A stretch of 64,000 nt of DNA from Octopus sinensis (taxonomy: Eukaryota). Under the pieces are notes generated by a model that worked only from the letters and a program-made list of their open reading frames with translations, had not been told where the DNA came from and did no database searches. Where the stretch lies: NCBI RefSeq assembly GCF_006345805.1, contig NC_043008.1, positions 38,068,001-38,132,000 on the forward strand. Reading direction: 5' to 3'. The position numbers were made by a program, and so were the translations under genes. Numbering within the stretch: the stretch's first letter is position 1; each line of letters opens with the position of its first letter. Below, in pieces: positions 41,051-55,699 of this stretch.

Positions 41051-43960
41051 ACTACACATAAACACATATATGCACATCTATTCAAGGTAAATTCTTTTCA
41101 CTAAAAGACGGTTCCAAATATAGACTGCATCATGGTTTTGTTTTCCAAAATAGCAATCCACATTGAAATCATGAGAAAGTTGTTATTAGAAAATGAAATG
41201 AAAGTTTATCAAGAGAACTAACTTGCAGGAAATTGAAAGCTCAATAGTATAGAATGTGATTTCTGCTGTTACTGCTGCTACTACTACTGCTACTTCTATT
41301 CAATGAGTACAAACGAGCTATATAGCTTAAGGTTGCTTATATCATGTAGTAAAATCAGTGGCCACAAGCTATGGCTAATCAATTGAATATTGTTGGAATA
41401 CTGACTGAAATGTGGGAATTTTTATCCCCCCACCCCACTACTATTCATTTTATCCATGGTTAAGACAGGTTTTTCTGGTTTATTCTACAGAGCTGTATAT
41501 ACATACAGTAGATAGAAAAGCAAAACGGCAAAAGTTTGCATGGGCATAAAACAGTCAATTGAAACAGCCCCAGTATATGACAGTTACTTTTATTGCTCTT
41601 GGACAATAAAAAACCCCACACAAAAACAAAGTCTTGAAGTACTTTTTTAAGTCAGGAAAGAAGGCATGACACTTCATAGGGATTTTGAGATTTGAGGGAG
41701 GAGAGCAAGACTGGATTCTGTCCCATACAGGCCCTAAACACTTAAGATATTTATGTACACCTGTATATATGTAATTCAAAATATATACAATAATAAACCA
41801 TGGAAGAATGAAACAAAAACTAACAGTAAGATAGAAAATAATGTTTATTTATGTATAATTCCACTTTATTTCATATTTGAGAAGTTTTCTCCTACTTTTT
41901 TTAAATGAAAAGTTTTTGATCAGATCTTCATATTTAATCTTATGTAACACATCTGCTTCAATACTTAGTACAGATAAAGCATCCTGAATATTATTTTAGC
42001 AAGTTTAAAGTGATTTCTTTTGTGCTGCAAACCTTTTACCATTTCCATAGTGCCCTCCCCTTCCCTTGATGCCCTAAGCATGTGTTTATTTTGTTTAATG
42101 GTTAATCCAGCGCTGGTGGAGGGAGAGGAAGTACTCTCAAACCAGAAACCTAAATATTTAATGAAAGCACCTAGGTGTCAGACACTGATGTTTAATAGGT
42201 GGTAGATTAAGTGAAACTCGAACTTAGAACACAAAGAGTTGGAACAAATATCACAAGACATACGGTTCCACCATATCCACTGCCATGGTTTTGGAAGATT
42301 TCTATTGACATTAGAAAGATGAAAGGCAATGTTGACCTTGGTGAGTTTACAACTTAGAGGCCATGAAGTATTATAATTGACATGGTAGCAATAGCTCCAC
42401 TAATTTGCCACTGATTCATTGAAGTGATTCTTATGTGTACAAGTGTGTAAAGCAGATTCCACCAACTTTATCACTAGTATGTTATTCTTCTGTATTGTAT
42501 GCTATAATTCTACTTATTGAACTTTCTCCCACTCAAATCTCATAGACATTCAAGTTGATCAATCAAGCACATTATTTTATTTTTAACCTTGTCTAAGATG
42601 ACACAATTTTTTTTTTTAATTTTCGTGTTTATTTTGCTAGAATCCAGCAGTCTTTTTCAGTCTATTGACAATATAAAGCTGAAATAAATTCGAAAGTTAA
42701 CATTTTCTTTCTTGCTTTTAACACAATAGACTAGCTACATCTTAAGTCAACATATTAGAACACTACATAGGTGGCATCAGACATAGTTAGAAGCAAGAAA
42801 TAGCGATGAAATACTTGCTTCTAATGCAAGAACTCATTGATTCTTAAAGTTGGAATATTTTAAATACACTAAAGTATTATTGATTTTCCTTCCAAACAGT
42901 GAAGAGGATTTGTCAACTTTTAACTATTTCCATATATTTTTGAATATTAGAAATGCATTAAAATAATATTTAAAAATAGATAACAAAAGACACAATACAA
43001 TAAGAGTAATTGGCTTAAGATATTCTTTCCACTTGCATAATTTAACATAAATATTTCTATTACTCTTTATTTGTTGTTCTGTTGTTCCAAAAATAACTAA
43101 GAAACTAATACTCGTATCTTTTACAACACTAATTGCAGATGCTTTGTGTCTGAAAGAGTTATCCCATAATGAGAAATTTTATTCAGTTTTTGGTTTTCTA
43201 ATAATACTGTCCATTACAAAAATTGGTGTTACTTAGGTTTTGAGTAGTGTGAATAATGATATCTCTCATGAGAAGTAATAAAAAAGAAAAGAAAAAAAAT
43301 CAATGACAATAAACTGAACAATTTCTGAACAAGCAATAGTTAATACTTCATAAATTTAGCCATGCTATATGAGGTCTATACAATGGTAATGTTATTAAAT
43401 ATTTCTAAAATTATTAATCTGTCTCTGTTTCCTGACATCCATCAGTTTTCGTAATGTTACATCATGCATGTTTGATAAATAGAAAATTATTTCTATTGAC
43501 TAGGCATTAGGTTAATTTTCTATGAGGAACACTGTTGATTGAATAATTGGATTTGCTCTGGTTTGTTATTGATACATATTTTATTGATCCTAGATTGATG
43601 ACAGGCAAAGCTCACCAAAACAGGACTTAACTCGGAATATTGAAGTACATATCTAAATAATTTAGTTGAGTCATTTAGCAGGGTGTTATAATTCTTTCTA
43701 TCATCTCATTCCCAAATTTCTATACTGCTAACTATAATAACATACATTAGCAAGAAATATGTCTAAATGATTTGAAAATTGATGAACTGTGAACATCAAC
43801 TCTGTTATTGATGTAAAGCTACAAATGTTGAGAAGGGATATATTGTGAACTGAATTAAGCTCAGTGCATAACTGGTTACCTACATCGATTTTGCAATGGT
43901 AAGAAAATTTCATAGTGTTACATTTGCAATATGAAAAGGTAACAATATCGGATGTTATCA

Positions 43961-44376
43961 AAGGTGGCAAGCAGACAGAAACGTTAGCAAGTCAGGGGAA
44001 ATGCTTAGCGGTATTTCGTCTGCCGTTACATTCTGAGTTCAAATTTCGCCGGGGTCGACTTTGCCTTTCATCCTTTCAAGGTCAATAAATTAAGTACCAG
44101 TTACACACTGGAGTTGATGTAATCAACTTAATCTGTTTGTCTTCTCTATGTTTAGCCCCTTGTGGGCAATAAAGAAATAAGAAACATTTGCATACTAGGT
44201 GAAATGCTTGGTGGTATTTCATCTGTCTTTACGTTCTGAGTTCAAATTTTACCAAAGTCGACTTTGCCTTTCATCCTTTCAGGGTCAGTAAATTAAGTAC
44301 CAGTTGCATACTGGGGTTGATCTAATCGACTGGCCTCCTCCCCCAAAATTTTGGGCCTTGTGCTAGTGTAGAAAAG
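43961..44376 (+). mobile_element. Dimeric family B SINE with 16-bp TSD
   Basis: Two units about 203 bp apart, flanked by aatatcggatgttatc (43944-43959) and aatatcagatgttatc (44377-44392). Confidence 0.9.
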
Positions 44377-44914
44377 AATATCAGATGTTATCTCTCATAT
44401 TGTAACAATAGTTTTACAATAAGAAATGTAAAGTCTAAAACAAATTTTACTTTTCATATTGGAGGTATGAAAAATAAAGATAACCCAACTGCCACGGGTT
44501 ACAAATTCAGAACACCAACAGTGTAATTAAGAAAACCCTCAGGTCTTTCCTTTTTAACAAAATAGCCCAGGAATCTGAAGAGTGACTGTGATCTTTACTG
44601 ATTCTTCCTAAATTCATAAAATGAATGTCAGTGGTGACCAACCTGACTATTTTTTGATCTACAGGAAAAATACCATTCTTCATATTTGTGTTTTCTCTAT
44701 TTTGTGGGAATAGAGAAAACTTTGAAATAATTATGAGAAAAGGTTGATCAGCCCACAGAAAGAAATAGGGATATCTGGTTCAAACGTTTACAAAAGACTG
44801 AATTCTACTAATGATACACAAGGACCAAAGGATACCTTTTGAGCACTGGGGTCGATGTAATCAACTTTGTCCTGTCCTTAAAACTGCTGGACTTGTGCCA
44901 AAATTTGAAACCAC

Positions 44915-45230
44915 CGCCACCATCATCATCATCATCATCATTATCATTATTATTTTTATTATTATTATTGTTATTATTATTTTTAATATTATTATTATTA
45001 CTATTATTATTATTATTATTATTATTACTATTATTATTATTATTATCATTATTATTATTATTGTTGTTGTTATTATCATTATTATTTTATTATTATTATT
45101 GTCATTTACTTTTAATCTGCATGTTTGATGCAATCACTTGCCGGGGCACACCCAGTGCCCTGGGGCAAGTGAAGGTTTAATATTATTATTATTATATTAT
45201 TATTATTATTATATTATTATTATTATTAAT
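44915..45230. repeat. (ATC)n/(ATT)n tract grown from a family B SINE tail
   Basis: Follows the family B tail at about 44830-44910. Confidence 0.9.
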
Positions 45231-45672
45231 TTTCAGTAATATTTAACCTACTTAACCTGATTAATCCATAAAAAAATGACCTTCTTATACAATATAAATT
45301 TCCAACATTAGCACATGATTCAAAACTCAGCACGTTACTAGAATTTGTTGAATGGGTCATATTTGGAGCAATGAAAAGTAAAGTTGAGCCTAACAGAATT
45401 TGAATTAACCTCTTTCATGATTTTGCTCATATTTAACATCATTAACAGAGTTAAAGCAACATAAAAGAAACTATTTCTTAGATTATTGAATGCAACTTTC
45501 AAAGTTCTCTCACTCAACCCTTGAAAAATAGATTTATGCTTCAATTTAGTTCAATGAAACATTTATTTATGACACAAGAATATAACTATAAATGTATACA
45601 TTCTTACATGCATATAGGCAAATGTATCTATATGCATACTTATGCATATACACAAGTATTTGTATGCAAATG

Positions 45673-45713
<41 letters not shown>

Positions 45714-45921
45714 TGTGCATGTCCATAGAAATGCATACACATAGTCATATATAAGTGCATTTACAGTCTTATCAATGTTTTTTTCTTATTAAAAGCACTG
45801 CACGTTATATAGATTCTGTAATTCTCTTTGATTTAACTGCACGTTAGCATGCACAGTGATGCATACATACACACACATGCACACACGTATATATGTGTGC
45901 ATATATATATACACACACATA

Positions 45922-45964
<43 letters not shown>

Positions 45965-46629
45965 TTATATATATAAATATATATATTCTTATGTATATAC
46001 ATACACACATGTACACACACACACATATATTTGCTACTTCCTTTACTACCACTGACAGACATAAGGAGAGTTGCCGGTGGATGCATAACAAGGAAAATAA
46101 ATGTCACTATTAACTGCTTGCAGTCAAATTCTTTAATATCCATTTCTGTAATTTCATTTCTCAAATTTATATGTATTATATTTTTTGGTGAATGAGAGAC
46201 AAAAATTGAGAGAGGGGAGGGGAGAGAGAGAAGGGAGGAGAGAGCGAGAGGGGGAGAGGAAGTGCAAGCAGTGATTCTGTACAAAAAAGATTGGTGGATA
46301 GCATATGTGGAATATTGAACATGTAATATACACTCTTATCTAAGCCTCTATGTACATTGTTGATGATATTTGTGAAAGCTTGTGGCCTAGTATTCAGGGC
46401 GTTATGCTCACAATCATAAGGTCTGGTTTCAATTCCTGAACAGGAGGTGCATTGTATTCTTGAGCAAGTACAACGTTTCATGTTTCCTGCCAAGCCCTCT
46501 CTCCTTTAATCTGTCACATCTTTGATATTTTGCTTATCAAGGCTAGGCAGGCCATGAGGGAATCTGTTTCTGATCATGATTACATAGGTATCTCAGATTA
46601 TTAGTAAAAGTATGGTACTATGCCAATGG

Positions 46630-47047
46630 AGGGCAGCAGGCTGGCAGAATCGTTAGCATGGTGGGCGAAATGTCTAGCGGTATTTCGTCTGCCGCTATGT
46701 TCTGAGTTCAAATTCTGCCGAGTTCGACTTTGCCTTTCATCCTTTCGGGGTCGATTAAATACGTACCAGTAATTCTCTGGGGGTCGATATAATCGACTTA
46801 ATCCGTTTGTCTGTCCTTGTTTGTTCTCTCTGTGTTTAGCCCCTTGTGGGTAGTAAAGAAATAGGTATTTTGTCTGTCTTTATATTCTGAGTTCAAATTC
46901 TGCCGAGGTCGACTTTGCCTTTCATCCTTTCGGGGTCGATTAAATACGTACCAGTTATGCGCTGGGGCCGATATAATCGACTTAATCCGTTTGTCTGTCC
47001 TTGTTTGTTCTCTCTGTGTTTAGCCCCTTGTGGGTAGTAAAGAAACA
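46630..47047 (+). mobile_element. Dimeric family B SINE with 16-bp TSD
   Basis: Two units with a 185-bp period, flanked by ggtactatgccaatgg (46614-46629) and ggtactgtgccaatgg (47048-47063). Confidence 0.92.
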
Positions 47048-48584
47048 GGTACTGTGCCAATGGTACCTTCACACAGAAATATTAACTAAGCTCTATTGAA
47101 ATTAAAATGTTTATCCATCAGATTTTAAATAAACAGATATACCAAAAACTTAGAAATATCCACCTTTGCTTCTGCTGCCATTCATCAAGTCATCATCTGT
47201 TGCTGTTTGTTAATATTACCTTTGCAATCATCTGTCATTATTTTTATTATCATCAACAGCAATCACCACTGTCATTATTGTGATCACTGCAACAATTTCT
47301 GTCATTACTATCTCATTATTATTACCATCTTTGTAATCATTATTAGCATCAATGTCATCACAACATCATTGGCTGGAGCCATGGCATCATCACAATCTCT
47401 TGTGTAACAGACTTCATAAACTGACTTATGCAGCCTCTCTAACTACTTCATTCTCCTGTCATCAAACAGAATTATATATTTAGTTAAATTGCTTGTGTAA
47501 AGTTCCAAATGATTCAAATTATCTCGACTGAAGAAAATTTTTCTTCATCTGTTTTTAAATTTATAATGCCTTCTCGTTAAGAATAAATAACAGTTGATAT
47601 CAGGTTTCCAACAATTTGTTCAAAGCAGTTTAGCCAAGAGAGGGGAAAAAAAAAAAAAAATTACTCTGAATATCGAAAATAAAGTAATTTTAATTAAAAG
47701 TAAAACTTAAAATGACATGGCTGTTGAATAGTTTAGTTTCTTAATTTCATAAACTGTTGGAAGATAAGGCACCTATGTTTCAGACAAATTTTTTGTCTTG
47801 TTTTTGTTGTTGTTGTTGGGGAGTGAATCCTCACTCCATGAAAGCATAGAGACAGTAGGAGATTGACAGGAAATGACAGGGAATTAGTTGCTGCACATTC
47901 ATAGGGGGAAACTAGTCGAGGAAAAAATTATATTAAAGGGAGAAAAAAAATTATATTAAAGAGAGAATATCCAAGTGCCTGCAGTCTGATTCTGGCCATT
48001 TGAATTATATATTTCTGAGTAATGTTATTCGAAAGTTTCTTGTCATTCAAACTGACCTGCTTGGGGTAAAAAAAATCCCTTTCTGCCTTAAACTGACTAT
48101 TATTCTTCATTTACTTTCCTGTTGTAAACCTTTCCCTCTTTCTCAGTTTTTTTCTGTCTTGCTCTCATCCACCAATCACTTTTCCCTTTCTGACCACTTC
48201 CTTCTCATGGTTGCACATTTTCACTCATTTTCTATTGCATCCATACACTCGTGAAATAAGGATGAAGAAAAAAAAACCTTATCTCAGTCTCCAAAGAAAA
48301 TCTGTGTTTGAAATGCAAATGCATAAAAACTTAAGAAACTTTTCACCTTACTAATAGCTATATTTTTTGCCAACACAGATCACTGTTTGTCTCATTGGAT
48401 TCAGGCTTTATAACAACTGAAGAATTTAGGTGTTTCACTACTGGTTCCGATAAAACCAAGTTGAACACCATGTACAGTACTGCGTTGCAAACAGAATAGC
48501 TGTACTGCTAAATTACACCTCACACAATGTGTTGTTTAATCTTACTCCTTCAGTTGTTTTGGTCATTAGATTGTGGCCATGCAA

Positions 48585-48975
48585 AGGCAGCAAGCTGGTA
48601 GAATTGTTAGCATGCCGAGTGAAATGCCTAGCGGTATTTCGTCTGCCGCTACGTTCTGAGTTCAAATTCCGCCGAAGTCAACTTTGCCTTTCATCCTTTT
48701 GGGGTCAATTAAATAAGTACCAGTTACGCACTGGGGTCGATATAATCGACTTAATCCCTTTGTCTGTCCCTGTTTGTCCTATTCGTGTTTAACCCCTTGT
48801 GGGTAGTAGAGAAATAGGTATTTCATCTGTCTTTACGTTCTGAGTTTAAATTCCGCCGAGGTCAAATTTGCCTTTCATCCTTTTGGGGTCGATTAAATAA
48901 GTACCAGTTATGCACTGGGGTCGATGTAATCGACTTAATCCCTTTGTCTGTCCTTGTTTGTCCCCTCTATGTTTA
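48585..48975 (+). mobile_element. Dimeric family B SINE
   Basis: Two units with a 184-bp period and the same junction as the 46630 dimer; no TSD seen. Confidence 0.88.
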
Positions 48976-51469
48976 GCATCCCTCACATGTTCAAACACAC
49001 ATACTGCATCCTATGCAATATGTCTCTGTTGTAGGACATGGAAATAACAAAACCATACGAGTTTATTCAAGATGAAATTTTTGGTTTGTTTCAAACACGA
49101 TTTATTTTCTAAATTATTCAATCCAGCTTTTATACTGCAGCAACACGAAATATTCTCTCTTCTACTTTTACTTATCTGATTCTATTCTATGATTCTTTGA
49201 CTTAGTTCCTTAATCTAATATTTACTATGCTGCAAATACTTCAAAGTCATTAGTGAGTTGTAGAGTAAAAGATTGATGATTTTTATAGTTAAACTCTATT
49301 TAACAACACTGTAGTAGCTTCATGCTTACTGTATCAAACGATGATGATCAAGATAAACTAGCTAGAGTTAAGAGGAACCTTGGCTTTATAAATTTAATTT
49401 ACCATCATGATAGTCATGCATAATAAAGCAAAGGGACGTGTAAGCGTTAACATTTGCAAAGCTTACCGTTGAGTCAGGTTATTATTGCTTGCAACAGTGG
49501 AAACATAATGCTGCTTTTTCATTTGTAATTCATTAGTCTTGGAAAGTCAACCAGAATCTCTTTTATCATCGAGTAAAGTTTTGATGCAGTATAAGTATAA
49601 AGTACTTGGAGAAATTTTCAGTATTGTTTTGGAGTGGAAAATGGTAAAATGGTGAAATAACAGATAAGTTCTACAATTATTTGTCAGTATTTGTTAAAAG
49701 TCGAAAAAGTTAAACATGGTGGGGAAAAAAAAATTTTAAAACAGAAATAGTGAAATACATTTTCGAATACTTACTGGGAAAAATTTAAAAAACAAGAACC
49801 CCTTCCTCCTGTTTACACTTTAAATGAGAATATATAAATCAAAATCTAAAGTAATGAAATTGAGTCAAGGATTTTCCAGAAGTCAGGAATTTTTTTTAAA
49901 AAAGGCAAATTCACAAAACCTATTACAAGCTCTCCTAGTTTTTTCCCTTTTAATTAAAAGAAAAAAAAAGCAACTAAGAATGTATTTTTTTGGTTTTAAA
50001 GAAATGTGTGACTGTCTATATATATATGTGCGTGACAGTGTGTACATGTGTGTGTGTGTGTGTGCCTGTGTGTGCTCCATGTAATCTACAAAAAGTGTTT
50101 AAATTTTGTTGTCAAATCATAATAATACCCTTCATTTCTTTATTTGTTACAATAGATCAATATATATTTTTCTTTTATTTGCTTCTGGTCCATCCTGTTA
50201 CAAGTCTCTTTTTTTTCCTTTACTAAGATTGCATGCAACCCTCAACATGTTTGTATGTGTGTGCTCATGTTTGTGCATGCATTTTATATGTACATACAAT
50301 GCTTGCAGTTTTATTCAACTATCACTTTGTAATATTTTTTTACTCCACTCAAACAGAGAATTTAAGGTAGGGCTGTGGTTATCTTTTCAATGCTAACTTT
50401 AACGAAAATTGTTTAAAGCATTTTTCTTAGGTTTTTTTTTTTTAGTTTTTTGGTCATATATCAAACAAACTTAAAGTTTAATAAAATAAAAGTAAACGAC
50501 TTCTTTTTTTTTTTCAAATAGTAAACTTCGATTTTTAGATAACTTATTCTTCCACTGATAACATCATGTACAATTTCCAGGAAGAATTACAAATCTTCTC
50601 TTTTCTTGTTTTTGCAACAACCTCTGTGTATTTTATTACAGGTAGAATGTGAGAAAGAATAAGTCATGGAACCAAATTAAACTAAATGTTAGACAGTATT
50701 TAGTTATGTCCTTTTACAGCTTGCAGTACAATCCTCCAAGGATTTTTATTCATGCCAATAAAAGAACATCTATGTGGTTGCTCAATGTGCTAAATATAGC
50801 AGCCAAACCTATCCCAACTCACTCACTACTCTCTTTAAAAAAAGTGGCTCATTAGATGACGTAGACTTGACTACAGTCTAAAAACAGTACAGGAGGGTCA
50901 TGGCTGGAATGCCTTTAATCATTAGTCTGCTTGGTCAGAGGAATATGTGCAACAGGTTTGAACTCGCAGCTTAAGAATTAGTAGTTTAATAGCTTATTCT
51001 TGATATTACATACTCATTGCAAACAAACATCCCTGTCATACGAGTGGTGTGTTTCGTCTGCAATCTTCCAAGATAAACATATCCAGCAATTTTTTCATTC
51101 ATGTTGAAAGGACATGAGGAATATTTCCATGCTTGGAAACAGGGCTGGACAAGAACATCTAGCCATAGAAAATCTGCCTTGATGATTTTTATCTAACTCA
51201 TGGGAACATGGAAAAATGAACATCAAAATGATGATGTTACTGATGACGATGGTGGGGATGATGGGGCTAGTGAGGGTGATGATGGTGGTTATGCTAATCT
51301 TTAGCTTTTATTATATAGTCAAAGTGGGTCTCAGCTGGAGAAAGATTAGACAAAATTCTATAGAGCAACAGAACAACAGACCTTGGAATTTAGGAATGTT
51401 GGTGATGCTGTGGCATTTGATATTGTGGATTTCAATAGAAGAATAGAGTATGAGTGAGAAATTAAAAGA

Positions 51470-51700
51470 TGTGTGGGGCACAGCTGGCAGAAACGTTAGC
51501 ACGCCGGGTAAAATGCTTAGCAGTATTTCATCTGCCGTTATGTTCTGAGTTCAAATTCCGCCGAGATCAACTTTGCCTTTCATCCTTTTGGGGTCGATAA
51601 ATTAAGTACAAGTTACGCACTGGGGTCGATGTAATCGACTTAATCCGTTTGTCTGTCCTTGGTTGTCCCCTCTATGTTTAGCCCCTTGTGGGCAATAAGA
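51470..51700 (+). mobile_element. SINE family B monomer
   Basis: Near-consensus copy. Confidence 0.88.
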
Positions 51701-53340
51701 TAGATTAGATTTCAAGACCAAGACAAATTCTGAGAAACAGAATTGCCATATCTACAATAGGATGGCACCAGAAGTTAATAAGGAATGAGAGGATCAGTTA
51801 TTGAAGATCTAAAAGAGATAATATATCATTCACTTCACATGCAAGTTTGTGTTTTTGTTTTAGTTGTCATACTTAAAATACTTAAGTGTAATTCATAAAT
51901 TGTGAAAGTAAAATGTATAAAAATTATTGTACTGAATCTTTTCTCCATAACTTAGACATTTTCCCCGCAGTAATGGAATCAGACAGAGATTTAACTGTCA
52001 AAAGTTCAGAGAATTTTTTTTTTTTTTATAAATCTAAATGAAAATTAATCTAAAGTATCAGATTGAAATGGACATAATTCTTTGATAGCATGGATGGAAG
52101 AGTTTTAAATATGTTTTATTGCAGTTTTATGTTGTCTTACATGCATTTGTGCATGCACACACACATGCACGCATACATGCATGCATGCACATATGCACAC
52201 ACACAGAGGCATGCATCTAAAATAATGGAATTTTGTAAAGTTTTCTATAAAAGAGCAAGAGTTTTTCAAACTCATACTTCAGTCATTAATCATTTTATAT
52301 TTTCTGTATGAAATGTAGTTTTTGAAATATAATTCTAGAACTGCTGCACTGAGTAACTCTACCTGTATCTTTCAACAATTAATACTATACAGAAATGCAT
52401 TGTTAAGTTTAATAAAAATTACCAATTTGAATGCTAACCAATCCATGCTTTAGTAGCTAACATTAATAAATAGCAAGAAAAATTCTAACTAGAGAGACCT
52501 CTGAATTTTAGTTTTCTCCCTTATTACTGAATAAAACTGACAGACTTTTTTTAACTTGCTAAATCAGTTCTTTACAAGAATTTGTAAAATATTTCTTTTT
52601 GCATTGAAAATGAAATTCATTTCAGTCAAAGTTTGTTCTTGTAAAAGTGACCAAAGTAATTGAGAGCAATAAGTCAGGAGAAGTATGTTAAGTGGTTTAC
52701 AGTGATTTCATATAATTTTCAATCATTATCACATTATATAGATTAGAGAGAAAAAGTGTCAGACTAACTTGTAGAATTACTTCATTGAATAATAACACAA
52801 CTCGTTTCACTGTTGGCTGGCAGCAGATAGCTAAATTATAGTCATCTTGAAAATTACTAACAATTATTAATTATCAATTTTCTTTTATTGAAATTTAATT
52901 CTAGATAGCTTAATTTTTTCCAGATTTTATGAAGCATAATCTTGATAAAATTGTTAGAAAATTATATTACAAGTTTTAGGCTTTATCTGTTTATACACGG
53001 ATTCAAATATACAATGTGTTAATAGTTCAAAGTTATGATGAGAAATATTGAAAATAATATATAATATGCACTTTAATATTTATAAGTATTTTAACATTTC
53101 CGAAATAATTTGATAATTTTTTTTTTGTTTTTACTTCGTTTCACAGAAATAAAACTATACAAGTACACATTTATAGCAAAAGGAAAAGATCACTAAAATT
53201 GTTCCAAATATTTAAGAAGTTAAAAATATATAAATCACACTTTTATTTTATTCCAAACAAAACTTGTAGTTTTTTGATTGGTTGATAGATTGTCATGTGA
53301 CTAGGTTAATTGTAGATATTCACTCCTCAATACATTATTC

Positions 53341-53530
53341 TTTTCTACTCTAGGTACAAGGCCTGAAATTTTTGGGGCCAGTTGATTAGATCAACCACAG
53401 TACACAACTGGTACTTAATTTATCGACCCCGAAAGGATGACAGGCAAAGTCAACCTTGGCAGAATTTGAGCTCAGAACACAAAGACTGCCGAAATGCCGC
53501 AAAGCATTTTGCCTGGCATGCTTGCCACCT
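53341..53530 (-). mobile_element. SINE family B monomer
   Basis: Reverse complement of family B with the short tail. Confidence 0.8.
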
Positions 53531-53730
53531 TACTCCTCAATTCATTATTGTATCAGTAACTCTGTATTCCTTGCTAAGTTTAAATTCTTCATTTCTTATG
53601 AAAACAGATGAAGTCTGTCTGAGAGGCCAACAAGTCCTAGATACATTCCAAGTAGAGGAAACATTTTATAGTACTGAAACGGTCCAATAGGTTATGGAAT
53701 TTCTCACTATCTCTCTAAGAAATTATCATC

Positions 53731-53905
53731 TATAGGCACAGGCATGGTTGTGTGATAAGATGCTTGCTTCCCAACCACATGGTTCCAGGTTCAGTCCCAA
53801 TGTGAGGCACCTTGGGCAACTATCTTCTACTATGGCTTCAGGCTGACCAAAGCTCTGTGAGTGGATTTCATAAACAGAAACTGAAAGAAGCCTATCATAT
53901 ATATG

Positions 53906-53936
<31 letters not shown>

Positions 53937-54037
53937 ATCTTTGTGTTTATGTTTGCCTCCACCACCACCACTTGTCAACCGGTGTTGGTGTGTTTATGTT
54001 CTTGTAACTTAGTAGTTCAGCAAAAGAGTCCAATTGA
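53731..54037 (+). mobile_element. SINE family A, 3'-truncated
   Basis: Head and core present, ends at caaaagagtcc. Confidence 0.85.
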
Positions 54038-55269
54038 TTAAAGATTGGCTTTTAATTCTTTTTGAAGAGTAAAATTTGTGAATGATTAGAAATTCGATGA
54101 ATTGTTATGAAAACTAGGTTAAATTGTTATGTGCAATAACATCTTCTGGCAATGAAATGAAAATGAAATTAATGACAAATGATTCAGAATGGTATACTTC
54201 ATTTGAAGTGTTTTAGATCTTTGTATTGTGAATCAGATAACTGAATGAAGCTCAGTAGAACTAGTAAATATCAGACACATACACCTCCACATATATACAA
54301 TCACGTTTCGTGAAAAACTTACAAGCACAAGAAGGCAGTTCCTGCACATATACTTGCACATACAACAATCAGTAACTGAATAACGGTAGAATTTTCTAAA
54401 TGTCTTCTGTTTTACATATGTAGAATTATTTATTGAGAATAAGGTCAATATGAGGTTATCAAAACTTAAATATAATTTCAAGGAACACAAAAGAAATTAC
54501 AATGATGCAACATATGTTTTCGATGAGAAAGAGTGTTATTACGTGATCTGATTGGGAAAACTGAATTAAAGTTGTCTTGGTCTAACAATTTTCTTTTTCA
54601 TTAAAATCAGTAATCTGGTATGGAACAAAGATTAATGGAATTTCGAATTATTTCAGCAAAGAAATTGTCTTCTGCAATTATCTTGAAAATTCAATAAAGA
54701 TTCCATGTTTTTCAATGGAAGGATACATTTTGTAAAGGTAATGTAATTTCAAGAAGAAGAAAAAAGAAAACATAGCATGAAAGAGCTGAATAGATTTGAA
54801 GATTGATGAAAATGTCATATTTTGTGTGGGAACATTATTTTGAAAGAAAAATGAAGCCAGGAGAAATGTATATATGGAATGTATAAATGGAAATAAATAA
54901 AATTACTCATCAGGTTGACGTAAGATTTTTTTTATTGTCAAACACAAAACCGTTTTTGCATATGTCAGGGCTAAATATATTTCAAAAAATCCATTTTCAA
55001 CCGAAACTATGGAAGTCATTAAATATATAACAAAGGCAATAATTTTGGTAAATCAACAATAAGTCAAGAGTGGGTTGATTCAAGTTTCAGTAACTGATAG
55101 AACAGCACGAAACTAGAAATCTCACATTCACTTCAAACACTAAAGCTCCCTGTCACTGAGGTTCGCTTCTGGTGAATGAACGTTCTCAACATTACAAACA
55201 CTGCATTGTAAAGATTGGCCAGTTCTTTCAGGGACAGAAAATATTTCAGTCCTCCAAAATAATTATTAA

Positions 55270-55608
55270 CCTATTTCTTTACTTACTACCCACAAGGGGC
55301 TAAACACAGAGGTGACAAAGAAGGACCGACAAATGGATTAAGTCGATTATATCGACTCCAGTGCGTAACTGGTACTTAATTTATCGACCCCGAAAGGATG
55401 AAAGGCAAAGTCGACCTCGGTGGAATTTGAACTCAGAACGTAATGGTAGACGAAATGCCTATTTCTTTACTACCCACAAGGGGCTAAACACAGAGAGACA
55501 GAGAGGACAAACAAGAACAGACAAACAGATTAAGTCAGAATGTAGCGGCAGACGAAATACTGCTAAGCATTTTGCCTGGCATGCTAGCGTTTCTACCAGC
55601 TAGCTGCC
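55270..55608 (-). mobile_element. Dimeric family B SINE with internal deletion in the first unit
   Basis: tacccacaaggggctaaacacagag occurs twice (about 55287 and 55471). Confidence 0.8.
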
Positions 55609-55699
55609 CAAGTGCTTGTGAGATCCACAATAGAGTACAGTTCTCAAATCAGGGACAGCACTGATGTTCCAAACATACATCTAAATGAAAGCAGTTTGA

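Noticed and set aside
46630-47047. Direct repeats that might suggest a CRISPR array or satellite
   Set aside because: The units are about 185-bp SINE monomers without unique spacers, in eukaryotic DNA, and are TSD-flanked.
49463-49520. Minus-strand donor CG|GTAAGC in a CpG-containing patch
   Set aside because: The phase-1 frame has a stop and no coding or promoter evidence can be established.
55180-55250. Minus-strand SVPERTGQSLQCSVCNV, resembling the start of a first Ig domain
   Set aside because: The conserved Gly is missing, there is no good acceptor or phase-0 donor, and no second half was found.
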